In this document: positions 1 to 12,100 of the stretch, in pieces
Layout: each line of letters opens with the position of its first letter
Numbering within the stretch: the first letter of the stretch is position 1
From: Tubiluchus corallicola
Taxonomy: Eukaryota; Animalia; Priapulida
Direction of reading: 5' to 3'
Length of the DNA: 64,000 nucleotides
Assembly: GCA_030141605.1 (NCBI GenBank)
Contig: JAQGDQ010000246.1
Coordinates: forward strand, 124,001-188,000
Made by a program: the position numbers and the translations under genes
Notes under the pieces: generated by a model
What the model was told of the DNA's origin: nothing
The model's input: only the letters and a program-made list of their open reading frames with translations
The model's database searches: none

Positions 1-195
1 CAAATTCTACCTCGACTAGAAATCCTTTCTTTCCCATCAAATTGGACTTATATAATCTTGATTTTTGATATAAGTGTAATAAATGAATTTGCAACTGAGA
101 CACAAACAGGTACGTTTTGTTTTGCACCCCAGAAAAGTTGATGCCCCTACGGGGAGACTAAAAAACAAAAGCATGCAAAACAAGAAAATGCATAC

Positions 196-336
196 CAGAT
201 TTACATGAGCCACTATATGCAATTCTCAACTGGGGATCACTCACTGTAGCACAACGCAGTGTACAAGGATTGCTGTATGTTTTATCATCAGTGCCACACA
301 CTTCATTAAGCTCCTTTGTGCAGCGGCAAATAGTAT
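196..336 (-). CDS. Exon 27: Kazal domain 7 (P1 Lys); gene continues beyond position 1
   Basis: CRCTKELNEVCGTDDKTYSNPCTLRC...YSGSC; 141 nt, GTATG donor, phase 1-1. Confidence 0.93.
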
Positions 337-3300
337 CTATTAGAGACAAGTTAAGTAACCATCACCAAAGTTAGTATATTGTAACCCCACAATAAACAAA
401 AAAAGGAAAATGTTTTCATACAGTCAAACACAGGCAACAGGCTAACTGATAACAGTAAATGTGATGGGACACACATAAGCTAAAAGTTTGTTTATGTGGA
501 AAAAGAAAAAACTGTCTTTGAAACTTACCTTCCTGCCTGCACTCTCCTCGATAGGCAGTTGTTAAAGATGGGTTATTTCTCTGTGCACACTCTAATGCAC
601 ATGGATTACCGTAAGTTGTACCATCACTTCCACATACAGGATCATTGATCAGTGAACAAGGACAAACTGAAATAGAAATTACAAATATAACAGGTTTTTG
701 CAGTAAGAAGCAATTTGCAAAAGTCCGTCTGCCTTATCACTGTTATTCAAAATTGCAGTAAATGACACAGTTTATTCAAAGTAAACAGTGTGCTAATTAC
801 TACTAAATACTAAACTCGGATTAAACTTTCAAAAATTAAAATTTTAGCTAGGTAAACCAAAGATCAGGGAATTTAAATTACAATATTATAAATGTAAACT
901 CAGTTGTAAGTAAGTATATTTGAAACTCCGTAAGGAAAACTGTCTTTGAAACTTACCTTCCTGCCTGCACTCTCCTCGATAGGCAGTTGTTAAAGATGGG
1001 TTGTTTCTCTGTGCACACTCTAAAGCACATGGATTACCGTAGGTTGTGCCATCGCTTCCACAAACAGGATCATAGATCGTAGTGCAAATACAAGGTTCAT
1101 CTGCCTGTATGCAAGCTCCCTGATGGGCAGTTGTCAAAGACGGATTGCTTTTTTGTATACATTGTAACAAGCATTCATTATCATAAGTTTTACCGTCACT
1201 TCCACACACAGGATCAAGGATCAATGGACATGGACATGGTTCAACTTCCTGTCTGCAAGCTCCCTGATGGGCAGTTGTCAAAGACGGATTGCTTTTTTGC
1301 ACACATTGTAACAAGCATTCATTATCATAAGTTTTACCGTCACTTCCACACACAGGATCAAGGATCAATGGACATGGACATGGTTTAACTTCCTGTGTGC
1401 ATGCACCTTGATGGGCGACTGAAATTGATGGACTGCTTCTTTGTGCACATTCCAGCGAGCATGCATTATCGTACGTTTTACCATCACTTCCACATACAGG
1501 ATCAAGTATCAATGGACATGGACACGGTTCTTGTTCAGGGGCTAAAATGGAAAAAATTGTTACGGTTACTATGACATTTGCTGAACTCAAACGTAAAATA
1601 ACAAAATGTGAATGTTTTACGAATTCCAACAGCTTATGAATGCAATGTTGAATCAGATGAGGAAACAATAACAAAGCATAATCACCTGTTACCGGAAAAA
1701 GAGAGCAATGGGCAGAGATAGAAATAAGTAATTTGAGTAGAACATTTTCTTAGGTGTTACCAAAGTGGATTAGCAATGCATACATTAGTGTTACACAAAA
1801 AACTATTTAATCAAACAAGCTATTTAATGTCAAAGAAAAAAGCAACATACTTTGACACTGGCCACGATGGGCAATTTCTAAAGATGGCATATCCTGCTGG
1901 CTGCATTCTAACTGACAAGGATTACTATATGTAACCCCATCTGTCCCACAGACTGGGTCGAGAATAAATCCACATGCACAAGGCTCAGCTGCAAACAAGC
2001 AACAACATGCACCAGATCAAGGTTAACTAATCTAGTCCTGCTGATTATTATCTAACAATGCAAGCTGTTAATGAGTTATTAACAGTTAGTTAAGCAATGC
2101 AAATAAAAAAACGTTTAAACTGTACCCGAATATTCATAGAGAGCAATGCACAAACTAGCATTTATGCTTAGGGAAACATGCAACTGATAAAACAGTAAGG
2201 CCCCACGCAGGCATGCAATTTTTAGTTAAATAACTTTTAGTTGCGCAACTGAAAATAGCAGCAATTTTGCTCCTGTACCAAAATCGGGTACACAGACATG
2301 CAACTTTTCATTGTGCAATTGCTACAATGGAATTCGAATTTATGTTTTGTTAATTTACAAAAAGAGAAATAGACACAAGAAATATTTCACTTGCTCAACT
2401 AGCCAGCGATTAATGACGACAATCTATTTATGCTGTCTGTCATTTTATGGGATTATCACTGCGTAAATGCGGATTATCACTGCGGAGAAAAAACATTACC
2501 CAAAGAAACAGCTCTTATCTTTAGTCTGCTGTTACTGCTGCATGTAAACTTATGCGGGCATATTTTACAATATAATCATTTATCTATGGAAAATTGAAAC
2601 TCACTCATGTAGCTTCTGCAATACAGGCATATATGCATTATCTTAAGAACATAAACTGTATGAAAGTGAATGAATGAAAGCACTTATGCAGAGACTCGAA
2701 ATTCAAAGACAACTGTTATTTAGTGATATCACTGCACATAGAAAGGTTAAATTATTTAGTTGTGCAAATTTTATGCAACTTACATTTTATATATTTCTTG
2801 GGGAAAGCTAAAAACCTTATGTAAGACAAAATGCGACTGACACTCTGCATTGGCACTGGACTTGAATGACTGACCAGAAAAATAATAGTTGTAAGCAGTG
2901 TTTGTTTACGCTGCTCACTTTCCAAATTTCATAATAATTTGATCTCCAATTTCCGAATTTGTCACAGTAACAATGATTTATGTTCGTTTACTTCTTTTTT
3001 TTTTATCTCTTTTGTATGTTAAATGGTGCCTCTTCATAAGACATTGCCTTATTCTTACGCTTAACTACTACGTTTGCCTAAAAATTGCAATATCTTCTCA
3101 TTGAAAACTCGTTAATTTAAATTTAAAACAAGTTTTGTTACTATGCTAACCAGTGGCAGCTCGTAATTAAAATTAGTGGGGCACTAAAAAGGAAAATTTT
3201 GTGAAAAGGAAACACTACTTTACACTTGCACAACAGAGTCGGCACTGCATGAGCGACAGTGCTCTCTCTACCCTGTGTGCAACAACAGCCAAACACCGCG

Positions 3301-6300
3301 TTGCTGGAACTGTGAAGCGCACAGTTCTATACAAGGAATTGTATATTTTGTAATTTTCTCATGAACTAGGGAATGGCTACTGACATTAAGCTTAAGGATT
3401 ATATAATGCACAAGTATAAAGAAAGAATTAAAGAAAAAAGAATTTTATCAATATCGAGTGAAAATAGGGGGTGCTGTAGTTCCACGGTGCCTATACATAG
3501 CTGCCACTGATGCTATCTCTGCAATCTTCTAAGATATGACAGTGCAGCTTAAACAATTGAAATCGGTAAAGTTACAGACAAAAAATTACAGCAAATTTAC
3601 AATAAGAAATCAGTGAAACTTAACAAAGTAATTTGGGATGGCAAAAAATGACAGATTGAAATTTGTTTATTTCACTATAAATAAAACCGCTTCCGTTATT
3701 TGGTGTCATCATGCTATACAAGCACAAAAAATTTTGTACCCTATGCATACTATACGAAAAAACATATTTAGCAAGCTAGTTGCACAAGTCACAAAACTGG
3801 CCTACCAAATTTAAATAACATCCCTCAAGTTAATGGACAAATAAATGTAATCTTCACCTTCTTTTGGACAAGACTGCTGACACTCCCTTTCTGTCTTAAA
3901 GTTGTTTGAATTACCAAAACAGCCACCATAAATAAAGCTTTCACATCTTTGCCTATCAGAGTTGTACCACCAGCGAGTCATTCGATTCCAACAAGGACCA
4001 GTAGCTTGTCCAAGACGGCAGATTGGATTTTCTGGAACTACCTATATAACAAAGGTACAATGAGCAAACAGTAAAAAGTAGGATTATTATACTCTGGTAA
4101 TTTATAACACAAACAGACTGACAGAATCTTGAAAGTAAAACAAGAGATAAAGCCTTTTATCTTTAACTTAATGGCATATTGCACTTGTATGAACTTTCAA
4201 TGTATGCTACCTATAATTCACTTTATTCAGTTAATAATTATGCCATACTGTAAATTATTTATTAGAATACCAGTACTGATGATGTTGGTAGTACAACTTC
4301 TATAATACAATACTATGACAGTTTCTACAGCCATAACAGGATAATCAAGTTAAGCATATTACAATTTTCAAAATAGAACCATTATTATCACAGATAAGAG
4401 TGACTACCATTCGCCATTAAGCTGCAAAACACATAAAAAGAGAAAAAAATATACAACCACTTTCATTATCAGAAAGCTTTTTTATTCTTCAATTACATTT
4501 TGGATTATATTGGCAAAATTGTATTCAAATAAGTCATAATGAATTTTTTGTGAGTGCATTAAGTTACACTGGTTTAATTATTAATATGTTTACTAACTAA
4601 CTAATATGTTTAACTAACTGTTTACAAAGCTGTGACAATGATAATAATCAGCAATAAAAATTCACGAGAAAATATTTACTGTTTGACGTTGGACAGGACA
4701 GCAAACAGAAGGAACATCTTGTAAATCTGTGTTACACCTGTATCCCTCTGGACAGGTATCTGGTCTGCTAGAACAATAGACGTTCTTTGTTTCGTCTTCC
4801 GGATCAAGTAGCGGAGGTCCAAGTCTGCACGGGTTTAGTGGCTTGCGAGCTAAAAATTGATAATTTTTTTACCACAGATTTTGAGTTTTGCGCTTGTTTT
4901 TGTCTATTATTTATTCTACACATAAGGCTTGGGCCCTTCTATCTTCTGACAAGTATTAGTATTATATAAGTACAATAAAGCCATAATAGCTTAATTTAGG
5001 GCCAGCAGTAGAAGAGTTACTGGGTACTTTGGTAAGATAAGTGCAACCCTCGTCTTCCCTGCTTGTCATTCAAATTGCTAGCTAAGAGAAGCCAGCAAGC
5101 CTGTGGCAGGTAACAAGCAATATGCGATAATTAGAATATTAATCATATCACATCAAATTTAATCATCAATTAAAGTGCATGACAGCAAGTGATTGTAACC
5201 AATTTTGTGACCCAACCACTCCCCTGTTACTTTTTTAGCATCATTGGAGGTTAGAAATTATGCCTGTTCTATCAAGCACAGAAAGTACGTCTTCCTTAAA
5301 GATTTGGATTGGCGGTGAATAATAATAACGATACACAAATGCACAGGAACACACATGCACAAACACATACACAAGCATATGTGCATCGACATCTGCATGC
5401 AGGACTTATATTCTTATAATCTTTGAAAAAAATATTAAAATGAAGCAACAAATTTCGTGTTTAACCACGGCAGTACACGGCACATTCTTTCTAAAATGAA
5501 AAACTGTGATCAACATACTTCCAGCACGTACAAGACCTGAACACACATCGCTATGACAAGCGGCATCATAACAACATTTTTGAGTCTGAGCACAATCAGC
5601 ATCTGACGAACATTCCTGGCCAACGCCTCCACAGAACCATATAAAACTGGTATCTGGACAAACGAGGTCAACTAATTCAGGTTCTTCATTTGGAACTGAA
5701 ACAGACAACACAATCATTTTTGAACATTTCGTATAATTACCGGAATGTTTACCAATGAAGTCATTTTCAAATAAAAAGCACAGACTTATGAAAACAAAAA
5801 ATATGGTTTTTACGACCATCTTATTTAATATCTCATGCTAATTTAAAATACAAATGAAAAAAACAATTTCAAAGCTTCAAGTGCTTCTCTAAAACATTAT
5901 GTCAGCCCGAATATGGCGACTCAGTATGCACAAACAAACAAAATGAAATCGCAATGAGTCCATCAACGAAATTTTGTTTATGTGTATAATTTCCTGTTTA
6001 TGCAAATGTGAGACTTAAGACACCAAAATGCCGTCTACCTTAACTACACGATTTACAATTATAAAATATATTAATACCAATGCAGGAAGCCAAATTTTGG
6101 CAGTACTCTCCATCTTGACATGAAACGGGACTGCTGACGCATTCACTTCCATCTTCACAAAACAGATACTAATAAGAACAAAATATACACATAACGAATT
6201 GTCTGAAAAACTGTCATTTGTCAACTGATTTCAGGTTCTTTAATAATAGCAATTAAGTGGTAACAAAATTTTGGTTTCTCATGCATCAAACAAATCGGAT

Positions 6301-9085
6301 AAAGTGAGATAAGAAATAATTTTTCAAAACCGTTGTTTTGACATGCAATACAATTAAAACAGCACAATAATATGATTAACAAAGTTATCATTAATTCATA
6401 GTTTTCAATTATTAGAGATGCAAGAGTTGAAAATTTTGGCTGCAACACAAATACAGTTACCTGATATGGACACGATGGTCAGTCTCCATGCAAACAGTGA
6501 CTTAACAACAAAGCGAATGCTACTAAATGGCAGATGTTTGCTGACCCTGAAGCATGGTAGGTCATGGTCAAAGGTCTAATTGAGTAACAACCTTTTACAG
6601 AAAACAGGTCACTTAATGAACTTTATCTTACACCCACACCCTCCGCCTCCCCACGCGCACGCACGCACGCACACAGATAGCGAACTTGTATACTTATATT
6701 TATGTTATTATCTTACTTCTGTATCTTATTTTTCACTGGATGTAACACCTTCCTTTGTTTTTGCCTCAATAAATCATCAATGTGTACATTTACATTCGTA
6801 TCCAGAAATATACTTTAGGACTTCATTCTGGACCTTGTGCTTAAGATGGATGTCATAGTCTTGATCTTATTTTGGTCTTTTACTTACATTGCAAACATTA
6901 TTCAAGCAACCACATGTGGTACAAGCAGTGTCTGCATCATTTTCGTAATAATAACCATTTGGGCAGTCTAAGCCAGCACATGGATCTTCAGGACAATTTG
7001 CATCAATTGCCGATACTAACAAAAAAACGTTGAAAAAACAAAACTCATAAATTATAATGGAATCAAATTAAGATGAGATCAGATCTGACTATAAACAAAT
7101 GCAGGCAAATTTGTGATGCACGGTATCTGCATTAACCAAACAGGAAATTACAGCTGGCAAAATTCGAGTTTTTTAAAAAAATGTTATATTCAAAATAAGA
7201 CTGACCACTCTGGAGCTAAAAATTGCTATTAGCCCTTGTCCACTTTGTAATCTATGTATATAAGTAACATAATAGAATAATTAGATACTGTACAAAAGAG
7301 AGAACCACCACCTATTTGACACAGTAATAAACATAAATAAATAAAGCAACTCATAAATCTTTAACAGAAATTATAAATTGTTAAAATTTGTCAGATGTAA
7401 GATTAATTAGCAACATACATTTGCAGACCGGTGGCCCTTCGGACAGGCCACGTGGTACTGTGTAATCAGTAATATCAAGCCCATATTTGTTAACACAGCG
7501 GCAGACACCATCGTTGTCTTCACACTGAATTTGCTTAAAGCTACCGTCATCCTCACATTCAGGGAGAGCAGTGTGAAGTGGTAGAGAATTACCTAATCCT
7601 TTATCATCTAATGCTCGATTGGCTCGCTGAACTTGACAAGCTACAAATAGAATAGTTTGTAATTACTAACTTTGTATTTAGTTAAACAGTGCACTTGTTT
7701 AGGCTTATCCAAAATCAATAGATTTAGCAATTAACAATGGATAGAAGCATGAACAAAGAAGAGTTAATGAAAGAAAAGAAGACACACTAATAGCTGATAA
7801 ATAGACAAACATGCAAAAAAGGAACAAGTCAGGGCATCGGCACATACAAACTTTCCTGTTTTAAGTTTTCTTGTTAATTAATGTATGTATGCAAGATGAG
7901 TTTTCCATCAAACAAGATCATTTATGATTCACACAAACTTTGTAGGTCATTTTTTGCAAAGTTGTTGATGTCAAGTAATAGTCTGCGGCATTACACAAAA
8001 GCTATGTGAGGTGCCTGTGAGCCAGCGAAAACCACAATTAAACAATAAGTAACTAGAAAGTTGCTAAAAATTATTATGGCACACGTTAGTGCACCAAACA
8101 CCAAATAAATCATTAATTATTAAGACACTAGAAAATACTAACTGCAACAAACCAAGAAAAGTAATGTTAAAGTATGTAACGCAAAGTGCATTTGTTTAGG
8201 TAAGGGGTCTTAGAGCAAGAAACAGCTGGGGGGTCTATGTAGGCTCCCTAGTGGGGTTGGCTTACACTGGGGCAAAAACCAATGCATCTTCCTAGATTTT
8301 AAGCATTTGAAGCCTTTAAAGGCCAAAAAACAGTCAGTTCAGTAAGCAATTTTTCAACTGTTTTTTGCAGTTAAGGATAAAAATTTAGGTTATAATTCAA
8401 AAACAGCAATTGCTTTTTAATAGTACACCACAGTGCACCTTAGTTACACCGAGCTTTCCAAGTCTAAAGCAAAATAAGTTACTATACGGTAAACGAGTTA
8501 ACTCATTGCACAACTTCTTAAGAAATGTTTTACTTTTCTCCTGAAAAGTTGCAAGAAAAATGAGTTGCAGTATGTCATCATGAAAAGTTAGCAGCAGTTA
8601 TTACAATAATCTATTTGTGGTCCACTGTTATCATCTACAGTTAAATATTGCTGACTGAAAAATGGAAACTCCGCTGCTAACATGATAGGCTAATAGCTAA
8701 TTAAATGATGAGAAAACTAGATGTGCAACACGGCGAGATATTGCTTTTCTTAAGGATCTGTAAGCAGGGTCTGTAATTTTAAGTGCTGGCAACACTTTAC
8801 CTGTAAGCTCTACTGGTGTAACACAAATTCCTCTACAGTTTGGTCCTGCATTGCAACATTTCTGTAATCCCGGACACATATAATCATTATAACATTGAGG
8901 TGGGCATTTATCCGTGTATTTTTCTTCTAAACCTGCTGGACACTCCCCAACTTTTTTCTCATCGTGAGTGTCTAAAAACTCTGAAAAACACAATAAAATT
9001 CATATAAAGAGGTTTCATTGTTTCAACAAATGATAAAATTTCAACTTAAACTGGTTTCCACACACGCACGCATGCACGCACACAT

Positions 9086-9123
<38 letters not shown>

Positions 9124-12100
9124 ACACACGTAATATACAACTTACCATTGCAAGTATTCAAGCAGTCCATAAAGGTAGCAAAGTTGTTAGCATTGCCTTT
9201 ACATCCAGTGTAATAAAGACGTTCACAATAACGTGTTTCTGGATTATAAGTCCATCGAGGATCAAAACCATTACAATCACCAGCTTCTACGGGCAGCCAA
9301 CATCTTTCTCTTGGTACCGGTGGTTCTAAAAAAAGAAACGGTCAAATCAAAACATATTCGAAAATCTACAACTATTAAATCAAGTAATTGTGCATGTGTA
9401 CTTGAATCATTAACTACACTTATGTGTTAAATTCTGAGGTAACCACAATTTAACAATGTAAGTTAAAAAATCAACAAATCTCTGAAACTTTGCTACATAG
9501 TGCACAACAAATTGGAAAATGTCAATCAACCAGTGGCGTCCACTTCAATACTAATCAGGCATTCCTTTATCTTCTCAGCTAAAGGGCTGCTGTAGTGCAG
9601 CAAAAGTGACTGACAACCAGATGTAGATGCACTGAAATATTAATGTCAATTGTCAAGTGCATATTATTATTATTTTCAATCATACAAAAATTTAGAACTA
9701 AAATTTGTTAACAGTAAAACATAGACATCATAATAGTGATTCACTGTGCTGGGGTATTAGTAATGCAGAATAGTGTCTGGAAAGGATAGGAAGAATTAGA
9801 ATTACTTATAAATTTTTCCAAGTCAAAAAAGGATTTAAATAAAAAAATGTGCTGCTGGATAAAAGCATGCTGGAAACAACATGAACAGATGAACCTTTTC
9901 AAAATTAATGAAAATCCTGTCTGTTTGAAGGCAATTAGTTTCCTTCTTTTTTAATTTAAGTTTTTATGCTATTTGTGTTTGAATGTTCTTTACATGCAAG
10001 ATTATAATGACTTCAGACTTCTATGCTTTTTCCTCACTACATGCACAAGATATTGTCAGATACTACTCTACAGCATAAATTTGCATTAATGTTTATCAAT
10101 ATTGAATAGTAAGTGTTTAGTAGATCTCTTAATTATTATTCACAATTTAGCTAAGATAACTTAAACTGTTAAACCCATATTTATTATAGCTTACACCATA
10201 TTTTTAGATTGATCATTCATGTATAAATTTTATATACAATGGGAACTAACTTTGTTGCAGTATAAAAACAAAAACTAAGTTTCACAAATTTGTGTGCCAA
10301 TTAATATATTTTCATTGATGCTCAGCATTTTTTATCACAGGGCAAAACGTTTAATTATTCACATAAAATGTTGACATAAAGCCCATATCCTTGCATGAAA
10401 TAAATGAATTCTTTTGCAGTAATTCCGGTAAGTATTATTAGTGGGACACATTTTCTGAAATAACTGACAAATTCTTACTAAATGTGCACGCATCCTTCAT
10501 ATTGCAGCGACTGTCAGTAAGTGTCTGTGAAACTAGGCAAGGTAAGCGTGTGGTGCTAGTTTCTTCTTCTCAGATAAATTAAATAATTAGAAAAAGCTTA
10601 TCAACTCACTATTACTCTAAGCTACATATTGAAACAAGTATGAATGTATGACAGGTCTTGGCAACATAGAAATGTGTTGGCATAGTTAAAACTATGTTAC
10701 GATGCTTCAAAGCAGAAAGTACCAAAAATTCGGTCAAATGTCACTTTTTTATTTTAAATGAAAACAAATGCCAAATATATCAGACTTTTATATTCTACCA
10801 TCAAATTATCAAGAAAATATCCAAAAAATGCTAAAAATCTAATTTTACAATCCTTATCCACTTTTCTGTCTAGAAACTAGTACTGCAATTGTAAACAGTT
10901 TGTATTATGTAACTTCAATTGTAGCTTGTGGAAGCAGCCATTTTGCTTCGGGTTATTTCTATTGACAAGACCAGATCTTCGTCAGAAAGAGTCATCTACT
11001 GGATTAAAAAATAACTTCAATTTGCTCTTGTAAAATCCATAGCATCTATTTCATACAGTCGCTAAGTGTTTTGTAGAGACGTGACAATGACAAAAACAAT
11101 GGCTGACTTTAACACCGTTTTTCTCAAGATTATGTTTTTCAGTGAGTAGCGTGCACCTCAACTTCAACGTGGATCTCAGCTTAGAAATAACATGGAGCGA
11201 TGAAACTGGCATCAAAATGATCCTCATGAAACGGAAATTCAGGATATGTGAATAACCGGAAAAGCTTAATTGACAATTTATGGCCGATTTTGCTATGCAA
11301 GCACACAAATAACTATTTTAGAAATGTGATGTCATTATGACCATTTTAGAATGTAGAGTTAACGTTATACAGAAAATTTGATTTTGGATTATGCTTTACG
11401 CTCTAGTAACATCTTCGAAAATTTCGGTACAATTATTTTTAAAATGCAAAGAAAAATAAACCTTCGCTGTCATCATTTTAGACTTCCAATGTCTTTCTGT
11501 AATTTAGTTCTGCTGAACAATATGCTCTGCTATAAGTCAGTCAATTTTTAAATGGGAGACCTGTAAGCTTCAATATGTTGTTTCAATACGACTTTAATGC
11601 CACTGTTTAAAATTGTGTCAGCATATAAAAAACAGTGCTTCAGTCGATTGTGCATATGCTTCAGTACCTTCTGTATAATTTCTTTGACATATGTTCGAAC
11701 TAAGCTAATAGAACTCTAGGTTTTTTCGAAAGTATCCTAATTTAACAATAAAAAGGACAACGATAACATAATTAATAGCAGGCAGTAAGTAAAGGTCAAT
11801 TACCAAATCTAATCATAAAGAATAAATTCCTTATTGCCTCAACATGAAAACCATCAGTTCATTGATAACGAGAAAGAGTTTCAAATCTAGATGCACTTAC
11901 ACTGAGTTGCGTCAGACTACCTACACACTTACTGTTGCATAATCCCAAACACTGCTCATAGCTTTCGAAGTTATTCTCATTTCCACCGCATCCTCCATAG
12001 ATGAAACGCTCACATTGTTGCTTCTCCTTGTTGTAATACCATCGTGGCATGTAAGCTAAGCATTGAATGCCGCCACTGTCAGGTTGAAATGGAAGATCAC

